64,000 nucleotides of DNA, from the NCBI GenBank assembly GCA_050613775.1, contig JBODTK010000129.1:310001-374000 (forward strand), read 5' to 3'. Shown here piece by piece: positions 12,916 to 24,845 of the stretch (its first letter is position 1; every line of letters starts with the position of its first letter). The notes under the pieces were generated by a model, which saw only the letters and a list, made by a program, of their open reading frames with translations, did not search any database and was not told the DNA's origin. The stretch comes from Neocallimastix sp. 'constans'. Its lineage: Eukaryota. A program made the translations under genes and the position numbers.

Positions 12916-15900
12916 ATGTTTTCGAAAAAGGAATATCCAATACCAAATGAACCAAAACCAAGTCCATATACTCATGCTAATCCAATTTCAAGATTATTGT
13001 ATATATGGCAAAATGAAATTTTTAATATAGGTTATAAAAGACCTATTGAAGAAAATGATATTTATTTATTGGACCCAAAATTTAAGGAAGAACAAAATGA
13101 AAGAAAATTTTATGAGAAATGGGATAAAGCTATCAATAAGAAAGGAAAAGGAAATATTGTAAAAACATTATTGAAAGTATTTGGTGCAAAATGGATTTCA
13201 GCTGGTTTATTTAAAGTTGTTTCTGATCTTTGTAATACTTTCTCACCAGTCTTCTTAGAAGCCTTATTAAATCACTTGACTGAAAGAGAAGAAGGAAAAG
13301 ATCATGAAATTTATAAAGGATGGTTATTTGTTGGTTGTATTTTCTTACTTCAAATTTTAGCAACTCTTTTTACTAACTTATATATGCAAATTGTATCTGA
13401 AGTTGGTTTATCTGTTCGTTCTACTCTTGTTGGTGTTATTTACAGAAAATCATTGAAGCTCTCTAATAAAGAAAGACAAAGCATTGGTGATGGTCAAATC
13501 GTTAATCTTGTTTCATCAGATTCTAATAGATTTGAACGTCTTATTATGACTTTACATTACTTATGGAGTGGTCCTCTTCAATTGATTATTATTCTTGTAC
13601 TTTTAATTCGTTCTTTAGGTTTTTGGTCTTTAATTGGTTTCAGTATCTTTGTAATTGTAATTCCGCTCCAAGGTGTTATTATGAAATTATCTGCTAGATT
13701 AAGACAAAAAACTGCTAAATTAACTGATCAACGTGTTAAGAAGACTCAAGAAATTCTTGGTAGTATGAGAATTATTAAATTCTTTGGTTGGGAGAACAGT
13801 TTTCTTAATGTATTAAGTAAACTTCGTACAAATGAATTAAATCATACTAAAAAAGCTATTTATTTAAGAGCTGAAACCTCTACTATATTTAGTATTGCTC
13901 CATTTCTTGCTAGTGCTTTAACTTTCATCGCTTATTCTGCTGCTGGTAATCCATTAACTTCAGCAAAAGTATTCTCATGTATTGCATTCTTTAATAAACT
14001 TCGTGCCCCATTGGCTATTCTTCCAAATACTTTCAGTCAACTTACTGATGCTTGGGTATCCGTAAAACGTCTCTCAAGACTTTTAAATGCTAAAGAATTA
14101 GATGATTTACCTGAAATTGATAAAAATAATGAATATGCCATTGTTGTTAAGGATGGTGAATTTAACTGGGAAAGTATTGTTGAAGAAGATGAAGAGGGAA
14201 ATAAAGAAAAGAGTAAGGAAAAGGAACAAAAAAATAAGAGTAAGGATGCTGTTATGAGTAAAGATGATGCTGCTATGAGTAGTTCAGAGACTTTAGTTGA
14301 CAATAAAAGTACTGGAGATATTGTTGATGCTATGAAAAAGAGTTTAAGTGATGAAAGTGTTAATTTAAAGAAAAAACCAGTTGAATCTTTCAAATTACAT
14401 GACATTAATATAAATATTAAGAGAGGTTCTTTAACAGCGGTTGTAGGTGCAGTAGGAAGTGGCAAATCTTCTTTAATTAATGCCATCATTGGTGAAATGA
14501 AACGTGAGGGTGGTAAGATTATTCATGGTGGTACATTCAGTTACTGTTCTCAACAACCATGGATTCAAAATGCTACCATTAAGGATAACATTTTATTCGG
14601 AAAGGAATATAACGAAGAACTTTATGATTCTGTTATTGAAAATTGTTGTCTTAGCCATGATCTTGAAGTTTTCCAAGATGGTGATATGACAGAAATTGGT
14701 GAACGTGGTATTACTTTATCTGGTGGTCAAAAGCAAAGAATTAATTTAGCTAGAGCTGTCTACTATGATAGTGATATTATTCTCATGGATGATCCATTAT
14801 CTGCTGTAGATGCCCATGTTTGTCGTGATTTATTCGATAATTGTATTACTGGACTTTTAGAAGGTAAAACTCGTATTCTTGTTACTCACCAACTACACGT
14901 TTTACCAGATGTTGATTATATTATTGTCATGAAAGGAGGTCGTATTGAGGAACAAGGTGATTATGACGAATTATTAAAGAAGAATGGAGAATTTGCTCGT
15001 TTAATGCGTACTTATGGTGGTATTGATGAAAGTGAAGATGCTAAAGCTAAGGCTGCTGCTAAAAAGAAGGAAAAGAAGGAAACAAAGAAGGAAACTAAGA
15101 AGGAAGAAAAAAAGAAGGGAAAAGCTTTAATGACTCAAGAAGAGAGAGCTACTGGTTCTGTGGATTCTAAGGTATATAAGGATTATATTATTGCTGCTGG
15201 TGGTATTTTCTGTGCTGCTTTGGTTATGCTTGTAGTTGTTATTATTCAATTATGTAAACTTGGTAATGATATGTGGTTAGTTTACTGGACAAAGGATCAA
15301 TTTGGTTTAACTACTAATACTTACATTCTTGTTTATTTAGTTTGGAATCTTGTTCAAGTATTATTGACCCTTTTCTATTCTGTATTTATGGCTATTATTG
15401 GTATTAGAGCTGCCAGACGTATTCACAGAAATGCTATTAGTCGTGTATTAAAGGCTCCAGTTTCTTTCTTTGATACAACTCCACTTGGTAGAATTATTAA
15501 CAGATTCTCCAAGGATCAAGATTCTCTTGATGGTATGCTTTTCATGGCTATTCAGATGCTTTTAACTGATGTTGCCAACACTATTACTACTTTATGTTTA
15601 ATGATTTATGCTGCTCCACTCTTTGGTATTGCTCTTGTTCCACTTTTAATTCTTTACTACTTTGTTCAACAATACTACAGAAGTACTTCTCGTGAATTAA
15701 AGCGTATTGAATCTATTACTAGATCACCAATTTACACTAATATTACTGAAACCTTACAAGGTTTACCTACTATTCGTGCCTACGATGCTCAAGAACGTTT
15801 TATTACATATAACCAAGGTTTAATTGATAGAAATAATAGATCACAATTCTTACAGCTTACTGCTCAAAGATGGTTAAGTGTCAGATTGGAAAGCATTGGT

Positions 15901-16974
15901 TCATTTATTGTTTTATTTGATGGTGTTGCTGGATTATTATTGAAAGAAAGTCTTTCTGCTGCTCTTCTTGGTTTGAGTTTAACTTATTCTTTACAAGTAA
16001 CTCAAAGTCTTAACGGTGTTGTTCGTTCCTTCAGTGATCTTGAGGTTAATATGAATTCTGCTGAACGTCTTTTATACTATGCTAATGAAATTGAAACCGA
16101 AGATCAAAAGGGATTACAACCACCAGAAGATTGGCCATCAAAGGGTAAGATTGAATTCAGAAATATGACAATGAAATATGCTCCAGATTTACCTCCTGTT
16201 TTACGTAATATTAATTTAGATATCAAATCATTTGAAAATATTGGTGTTGTTGGTCGTACTGGTGCTGGTAAATCCAGTATTGTCATGACTCTCTTTAGAT
16301 TAGTAGAACCAGAATTGGGTTCTGTCATTAAGATTGATGATATTGATATTTTAGATTTAAAGTTAAGTGAATTGCGTAGAAGAATCGCTATTATTCCTCA
16401 AGAACCAACTCTATTTTCTGGAACTATTCGTTTCAATATGGATCCATTTGATGAACACACGGATCAAGAAATTTGGGATGCTCTCGAAAATGCAGGATTA
16501 AAACAAACTATCAGTGAATTAGATAATAAATTAGAATCCGAAGTTCGTGCTAATGGTGAAAACTTTAGTGTTGGTCAAAGACAATTATTATGTCTTGCTC
16601 GTGCCATGATTAGAGATAGTCGTATCTTAGTTATGGATGAAGCTACTGCTTCAGTTGATATTGAAACAGATGCAGTCATTCAAAAAGCCTTAAGAACAAA
16701 ATTCAGTAATGTAACTGTTTTAACTATCGCACATCGTTTGAATACTATTATTGATTATGATAAGATTTTAGTTTTAAATAAGGGTGAAGTTTTAGAATAT
16801 GATACACCAAAGAATTTACTTTTCGAAACTAATGAAAATGGTGAACTTGTTCCATGTACCTCTACCGAATTCTCCAAATTAGTTGATGAAACTGGACCAG
16901 TTAACGCTGCTTTATTACGTCAAACCGCATTAGATAAATATTATAGAGATAATAATATTGCTACCACTAATTAA
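12916..16974 (+). CDS. Full-length ABCC/MRP-type ABC transporter (short MRP lacking TMD0, YOR1-like; TMD1-NBD1-TMD2-NBD2), 1352 aa, intronless
   Basis: NBD1 GAVGSGKSS / LSGGQKQR / ILMDDPLSAVD; NBD2 GRTGAGKSS / FSVGQRQ / LVMDEATA; FFDTTPLGRIINRFSKD in TMD2; N-terminal lasso-like segment. Confidence 0.97.
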   Translation: MFSKKEYPIPNEPKPSPYTHANPISRLLYIWQNEIFNIGYKRPIEENDIYLLDPKFKEEQNERKFYEKWDKAINKKGKGNIVKTLLKVFGAKWISAGLFKVVSDLCNTFSPVFLEALLNHLTEREEGKDHEIYKGWLFVGCIFLLQILATLFTNLYMQIVSEVGLSVRSTLVGVIYRKSLKLSNKERQSIGDGQIVNLVSSDSNRFERLIMTLHYLWSGPLQLIIILVLLIRSLGFWSLIGFSIFVIVIPLQGVIMKLSARLRQKTAKLTDQRVKKTQEILGSMRIIKFFGWENSFLNVLSKLRTNELNHTKKAIYLRAETSTIFSIAPFLASALTFIAYSAAGNPLTSAKVFSCIAFFNKLRAPLAILPNTFSQLTDAWVSVKRLSRLLNAKELDDLPEIDKNNEYAIVVKDGEFNWESIVEEDEEGNKEKSKEKEQKNKSKDAVMSKDDAAMSSSETLVDNKSTGDIVDAMKKSLSDESVNLKKKPVESFKLHDININIKRGSLTAVVGAVGSGKSSLINAIIGEMKREGGKIIHGGTFSYCSQQPWIQNATIKDNILFGKEYNEELYDSVIENCCLSHDLEVFQDGDMTEIGERGITLSGGQKQRINLARAVYYDSDIILMDDPLSAVDAHVCRDLFDNCITGLLEGKTRILVTHQLHVLPDVDYIIVMKGGRIEEQGDYDELLKKNGEFARLMRTYGGIDESEDAKAKAAAKKKEKKETKKETKKEEKKKGKALMTQEERATGSVDSKVYKDYIIAAGGIFCAALVMLVVVIIQLCKLGNDMWLVYWTKDQFGLTTNTYILVYLVWNLVQVLLTLFYSVFMAIIGIRAARRIHRNAISRVLKAPVSFFDTTPLGRIINRFSKDQDSLDGMLFMAIQMLLTDVANTITTLCLMIYAAPLFGIALVPLLILYYFVQQYYRSTSRELKRIESITRSPIYTNITETLQGLPTIRAYDAQERFITYNQGLIDRNNRSQFLQLTAQRWLSVRLESIGSFIVLFDGVAGLLLKESLSAALLGLSLTYSLQVTQSLNGVVRSFSDLEVNMNSAERLLYYANEIETEDQKGLQPPEDWPSKGKIEFRNMTMKYAPDLPPVLRNINLDIKSFENIGVVGRTGAGKSSIVMTLFRLVEPELGSVIKIDDIDILDLKLSELRRRIAIIPQEPTLFSGTIRFNMDPFDEHTDQEIWDALENAGLKQTISELDNKLESEVRANGENFSVGQRQLLCLARAMIRDSRILVMDEATASVDIETDAVIQKALRTKFSNVTVLTIAHRLNTIIDYDKILVLNKGEVLEYDTPKNLLFETNENGELVPCTSTEFSKLVDETGPVNAALLRQTALDKYYRDNNIATTN

Positions 16975-17417
16975 AATTCATAAATTTATTTTATTTTTAA
17001 TTTTTTTTTTTAAAAATAATATATATATATATTATTTAAATATATATATATATTTAATTTAATTGAATTTGTAACCTTTTTAAATCAATTAATAAAATCC
17101 TATAATAGTTTGATATTTAAGAAATAACTAAAAAAAAAAAAAAAAAAAAAATAAAGAAACAAAAGAAAGAAAAAGAAAAATAATATAGATTCAAACAAAT
17201 CAAAATCACAAACACACACACACATACAAAAAAAAAAAAAAAAAAAAAAGAAAAAAGAATTAATAACAATAAAAGATATACTTTTGATTTTATATTATAT
17301 TTATATATATTTTAGAACTTTAATTTAATTACTTAATATTTTTTGTACCATTTTAAAATAATTAATTTAATTCATATATAGTTTTTAAGAAATAATTAAA
17401 TAATTATGAAAAAATAA

Positions 17418-17454
<37 letters not shown>

Positions 17455-17847
17455 AATTTAATATTTATTTATTCTCTTTTTTTTTTTTTTTTTTTATTCT
17501 TTTGATTTTTAAGATAAAAGTAGTTGAACATTTAAAATATAGAAAATATGTAAATAAATTTTAAAAATAGAAAAAAAAAAAAAATTATATAGATAGATAA
17601 TATATATTAATATAATATAATATAAAAATATATTTATAGTAAAAAAAAAAAAAAAAAAAAGAAAGAACAATTTATATCAACAAAAAAGAAAAAAAGTAAA
17701 AAAAGTCAAGTAAAATAAAAATAAAATAAATAAAAGATAAAAATAAAAATAAATAAATAACTTATTGAAAAATAACAGCAATAAAATATATTTTTTTTTT
17801 TTTTAAAAAAAATTAGTTTAATAATAATAAAATAAAATAAAAATAAA

Positions 17848-17879
<32 letters not shown>

Positions 17880-17981
17880 AGAAGGTTTAAATTGATTTTA
17901 ATCCTTTCTATTTTTGTTAATAATTAATATTAAATAAATAAAAAAGTAGTAATAATAAATAATAATAATAATAATAATAAT

Positions 17982-18452
<471 letters not shown>

Positions 18453-18668
18453 TGTTAGAATATGTGAAATGTATGAAATAAGTGTCAAATGTATTTATAA
18501 TGTATTGACACGTATTGTATTAAATTAAATGTACAAGCCACATATTATTCATATAAATACATGTAAACTCATAGAGTTATACTTCGAGTAATTTTTGAGT
18601 AATTCTTGAGTATATAATATATTAATAAAGTTGACATAATCATTAACCACAAATTCCAGACTGTTAAC

Positions 18669-18683
18669 AGATTAAGAGTCTCA
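18669..18683 (+). promoter_or_regulatory. Primer-binding site AGATTAAGAGTCTCA, complementary to the tRNA-Lys(CUU) anticodon arm
   Basis: Abuts the LTR end. Reverse complement TGAGACTCTTAATCT matches the anticodon stem-loop of many eukaryotic tRNA-Lys(CUU). Recurs at 10479, 22513-22528 (minus) and 55896. Confidence 0.8.
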
Positions 18684-19465
18684 ATGGACTCTCAATGACT
18701 CTCAAGTGGATTCACTGAAAGATGAATCCAAAGCCGGACAAAACATTACGTCAAAAAAAAAATTTTTGAAAATTCTAATCCTTATAATTTAACCAAATTT
18801 ATTTCCAAGCTATAATTCTTGCCATATAGAAAAAATTTTGAAATTGAGATCTCGAAATTTTAAATTGAAATTTAAATTGTAATGTTAACTAAAGAGTGAA
18901 AATTATGAAATTAAAATATAACCAATTTTAAACTTTCGTAAATAGTTCAATTTTACACTTTCAAAATTTTAAAAGTTAACAAAATTTAAAATCTTAAAAT
19001 TCTAAATGTAAACAAATAAATAATTTAAAATTTAAAATTTATTTAATAAATTTTGAATCTTATTTATTCAGAAATAAAATAAAATAATTTAAATTAGAAA
19101 ATAAATAATATTTATTTTGAATATTAAGAAATTTAAAATTCACAAAATAGATAAGAATTTATTTATAAATAAACAATGAATTCAAATTTAAACTAATTTT
19201 ACGAATAGAATTGTTTGAATTATTAAAGTAAACAAACAACTTGAATATTTAAATTGTATTTAAAGAATATTAAAATAATTTAAATTATTAAGAAATTAAA
19301 TATTTTAATGAAAATATTAAAAAGTTTAAACCACACAACTATTATAAATTCCTATTCATTTTTGAAATTTTAAATTATTTTATTATTGTTATATTTAAGA
19401 TAATTTGATATATAAACATTCAATAGTATATATTATATAAAACAATTTGAAATCTTAACTTCAAA

Positions 19466-20089
19466 ATGAAAAAAAAAACAAATTACATCTTAAGTTGTAT
19501 TATTTATTTTTGCTTTAGTTTTTATATCGTCTATGGTCAAGAATGGATTGGAAGCATAAAAGCAGACCTTACAGTTAATGTTAATGAACTAGTAAATTCC
19601 ATTATGGAAAAGTCTGGAAATACTTTAAAAATTATTTTTAGACCGGACGGTGTAACAGATTACAAACCCACTATAAATAGTAGATTCATATCTATTTTGG
19701 CAGAAGAACAAGTAATATCAATTTACTGTCATGAAACCAAAGGTCACACTGCCACTGCAGAAGGAAAAACGCGTACAAAACCATCTTGCGCGGATCCTGG
19801 AGAGTGCGCATATGCATCAGCAATGAGATCTTTTAAGGATAACTATACCTATTATAGTGTAGAAAATTATAATCGTTACTGTTTAGCAGATTCAGCAAGT
19901 ATTTTCAACAACACAAATGATAATACAGATAATAATTATGATTTTGATGATTTTAATATAGACAATGGAATTGCTTATGATAGCAAACACGATTACAGTG
20001 GAATTGAAAATTCAATACATCTCAACTTTCTATCAATTATTGTTCTATTGATAGTAGTTATATTCTTGCAAACGCATTGTATATTTTAG
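19466..20089 (+). CDS. Hypothetical secreted/cell-surface protein, 207 aa (signal peptide, 4-Cys domain, D/N-rich linker, GPI-signal-like C-terminus), located inside the LTR element
   Basis: Intact intronless ORF, more GC-rich than its flanks. N-terminus MKKK plus hydrophobic stretch ending VYG|QE. C-terminus YSG-IENSIHLN-FLSIIVLLIVVIFL (omega site, spacer, hydrophobic tail). Confidence 0.75.
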   Translation: MKKKTNYILSCIIYFCFSFYIVYGQEWIGSIKADLTVNVNELVNSIMEKSGNTLKIIFRPDGVTDYKPTINSRFISILAEEQVISIYCHETKGHTATAEGKTRTKPSCADPGECAYASAMRSFKDNYTYYSVENYNRYCLADSASIFNNTNDNTDNNYDFDDFNIDNGIAYDSKHDYSGIENSIHLNFLSIIVLLIVVIFLQTHCIF

Positions 20090-22216
20090 AATTTCCAATA
20101 CTTTGCCAACTTTTCAAAGAATTACTCCTTATGTCACTTTATAACATACCCATTTAAATTTCCATATATTTAATTCAATAATCAAAACTATAAATGCATG
20201 TGGACAGAGAAAAGAAAAGAAACATAGAATATGTAAATATCATGTATGAAAATGTACAATAATATACTTCTTAAAGAAGTTAATCACACACACACACATT
20301 AAATATTCTTACATTTCTAAATAATAGAAGAATATACAACATTAATTTATAATTAACATAGAATTAATATATTTGAATTTACTTATAAATGAAAGAAATT
20401 ATAATTAACTTAAGGTTAATTATTCTCCCAAAATATTGCACAAATATATAGTATATTATTAAATAGTGAAACATGTATACTTAAATTCATCCGAATATAC
20501 TTAATAGTTACTGCTTAACTACAAAGCAGATATTCGAAGGAGGATGTCACAAAGTACTTATAAACATTAAAACAAGTACTTATTCATAAAATTAAATAGA
20601 AATGCTTAGCGTGAAATGAGCATATTCTACAATAATTATAATAATTGATTACCTAGCGTGAAATAGGCATTTTCATTTAAATTTAATATAATATCATGAT
20701 TTAACTTAGCGTGAAATGAGCTAAATCATAGATAATAATAATAGATGGTGTAAGACCTTCATTGAAAGGGCTCCATTTCATATATATTAGACACCTCATA
20801 TTAACACTTAAAATAGTGAGTTTTAGCCGCCATTGATACTTAACTTCCAATTAATCAAGCGGATATTTCATGTTTAAATATAAAATTAAACTGATTTTTG
20901 AATTTTATATAATTTAGAATACTATTCATTATAAGTATGATGCAATTAATCATTTAACCATTGCAAACAATTTAAATTTTTCATTTACAAATCTATATAT
21001 TTATTTCAAAATATTTAGATTTGAGGGGGAATAGTGGTCACTGAAAATTTAAATTTATGTATAACTGACCAGAAAACGTATATCAAATTCTAGTTAATTA
21101 TCTTCAACATATAAAGATATTATCCAATAATATAAGAAAATTGTAACCTTTCAACATTCAAGAAAATTGAAATATTTAAGAAATACTTAAAGATTCAATA
21201 CATGATAAAACTAATATTTCTTAAGATACAAAAATGACTAAATTATACATTTGTATATTAAAGAAGCCTAATAGTGAAAATTAGAAAAATTAACATACAA
21301 GAAAAATTAACTGAAATATGGAATCTTAATTAAATTGAACGAACTTATATTATTTATTAATAAATTTAAATGTCTAAAATAACATAATTAAAATATTAGA
21401 TTAATTCAATTTTAATACTCCAAACAAAATTTTCTTAAAACACCTAATATATATAATAGTTAACGTTTATCTACAAAACGATATTTAATAGTTATCGCTA
21501 AAACTACAAAGCGAAATATATATAAAAGTTAACGCTAATCTACAAAGCGGATTATAATTTAAAGTGATGCAATTCCCAATATATAAGAGATATTCGGTAT
21601 TCACATATTTTGGATGGTATAATATCACCCTTCAAGAGAAAGGTTTCCATCATATACAAATGGTAAATTTAAACCATATAATTATTTTATATTAAAGATG
21701 ACATAGATTCATCTAATACTTATTAAAGGTGTAAAAATATTAAGTATTTAGTTTTAGGGGGAAATTATTAGATTAAAAATATATTTAAGAAATTATTTTT
21801 GTAATATTTAAATTTAATTAAGGAATTAATATAATGTAAACTATTTTATTCATGTAAAATTAAAAGTTAGGTTAGAAAAGAAATAATTTATTATTTAATA
21901 GTATCGAGTGTATAATATTAGAGAATAGGATAATTTTATATACACATATTCACCAGTAAACCAATTTATTCTTTACTGAATAATTAGGTTTAAGGGGGAA
22001 TGTTAGAATATGTGAAATGTATGAAATAAGTGTCAAATGTATTTAATATGTATTGACACGTATTGTATTAAATTAAATGTACAAGCCACATATTATTCAT
22101 ATAAATACATGTAAACTCATACAGTTATACTTCGAGTAATTCTTGAGTAATTCTAGAGTATATAATATATTAATAAAGTTGACATAATCATTAACCACAA
22201 ATTCCAGACTGTTAAC

Positions 22217-22770
<554 letters not shown>

Positions 22771-22847
22771 ATTATTATTATTATTATTATTATTATTTCT
22801 AAATTTTTTTTCTAATAGAAATGATTTCAATTTACATTATTATATTA

Positions 22848-22888
<41 letters not shown>

Positions 22889-23113
22889 TAGAAATGATTT
22901 CAATTCTCATAATTACATCATTAAAAATTATCTTATAAAATATATATACGTATTTTTAATTTTATAATGAATTCAATATATTAATATTTTTAATAGTGAA
23001 TTATAAAAAAAATAATAATAATAAAAAGAGTATTCTATTTTTAATCAAAAAATAATGAAAAGAGTATTCTCTTTCTAATCAAAAAATAATGAAAAGAGTA
23101 TTCTCTTTCTAAT

Positions 23114-23158
<45 letters not shown>

Positions 23159-23621
23159 ACTAAAAATAAATAAATAATTCATTTTATATTAATTAAATAA
23201 ATAAATAATGATAAAAACTCTTAAATTAGAAATTCATTAATATATTGAAATTAACTAATACACTAATACTTCATCACCCATACATTTAGATATTATAGTG
23301 ATGTGACTTTGACAATAATAATTACAATTAATATTTTTAATTTATTTTTTAAGTCCTCTAATTAAATAAAGAAAAATATAAAAACTTGTATATTATACAA
23401 ATATATTTATATAAGTTTTATATTTTTTTCCATATTTTATTAATTTTTTTTTTTCTTATTGCTATATTCCTATATATATTAAATAGTAAAAAAATAGTAT
23501 AAATAATATTAAATAAAGTTTATACCTCAGAAAAAAAATTTTATTTTTTTTTTTCAAATTTTTATATATATAAAGTAAATAAATATCTATTTTGATTTTA
23601 TTAAATAATTAAATTATTTTT

Positions 23622-23657
<36 letters not shown>

Positions 23658-23962
23658 TTTTAACGTTTGAATTGTGTAACATATGAGTATGGGTATTTTT
23701 TTTTTTTTAAAAAAAAAAAAAAAAGTTAAAATATATAAACTTCAAAAAAAGTTTTAGAAGAAAAAAATATTTTTTTAAAAAACATATAAAAAAAATAATA
23801 ATAATAAAATATAATATATAATTTTTTATTATTGAATAAAAAAAATAAATAAATAAATCTATTTTAAATATATAGAAACAATAAAAAAATAAAATAAAAT
23901 AAAATAAAATAAAAATTAATTTTTTATTATAAAAAAAATATATATATATAAATATATATATA

Positions 23963-24573
23963 TGTTAAGGAGTCAATATAAGATATGACGTGTACAGTAC
24001 AAAATGTATTATTATTCAATTAAATTTTATTTATTATTTATTTAATTTATATGATTTAATAAAGTATTTAAAAAAAAAAAAAAAAAAAAAAACATAGACT
24101 TGCACATATGGGTATCCATCTCCCATATGGCCATACAGTTATTAATTAACTGTAAGGTGATTGAGTTATTGGCATACTGTATCAGCTTCGCCGCTCTCAA
24201 TCGTGGTTACACACTGCCCCGGAGATGCATTCCTAACGTTCCTACCTTTATCTCTAATGACCACGAGCATCAGAACGGAATCATTAACTCCTCCCTAGTG
24301 GGTGTAATCATTGGCGATTGGAAATATTACAATCATCAAGGTCTATGCTTCAATTCAAAGCGTAGTATCAGGGTTGGGTGAAATAATCATTTGAGGGAAA
24401 GCCTTATGAACATCACGTAATAAAGTATTTAAAAATACTCAAAATATTTATTTCATAAAAAAAATTTTTTTTCTTTTTACATTTTTACATGCAAATTATT
24501 ACATAATCAAATATTATAAATATTTATAATATTTTAATGTACAAAAGTTTAAATATTATGTTAAACTTTAACA
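23963..24573 (-). mobile_element. Solo LTR (second subfamily) with ATATA TSD, interrupted by a SINE-like insertion
   Basis: Colinear with 22528-22770 once the insertion and one TSD copy (24075-24435) are removed. ATATA at 23958-23962 and 24574-24578. Confidence 0.85.
24075..24417 (-). mobile_element. GC-rich SINE-like retroposed insertion with 18-bp TSD
   Basis: TAATAAAGTATTTAAAAA at 24057-24074 and 24418-24435, present only once in the sister LTR. A-run 24070-24092 is an oligo-T tail on the minus strand. Homologous copy at ~55060-55390. Strand is inferred from the tail. Confidence 0.8.
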
Positions 24574-24683
24574 ATATACATATATATTCAATAAATCTAA
24601 TTTAAAAGTCATTATGTTTCATATTTTTTATTAAAAAAATTTTTTTATTAATATAAATATTATTTTAACAATATTTATATATA

Positions 24684-24722
<39 letters not shown>

Positions 24723-24845
24723 ATTACTATTATTGTAATAAAAAGGTAAATTAATATTTAAAAAAAAAATTATATAGTTAAAATAATTATTATATTATAT
24801 TATATTATATTATAAATTATTTAAATTTATAATATATACTATTAA

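Noticed and set aside
24100..24381. 93-aa ORF in the GC-rich insertion
   Set aside because: TTG start, and the homologous copy at 55.1-55.4 kb has frame-breaking indels, so non-coding is more likely.
24390..24410. GAGGGAAAGCC as an RNase P/MRP conserved region I
   Set aside because: It lies at the end of the element with no downstream CR-V partner visible.
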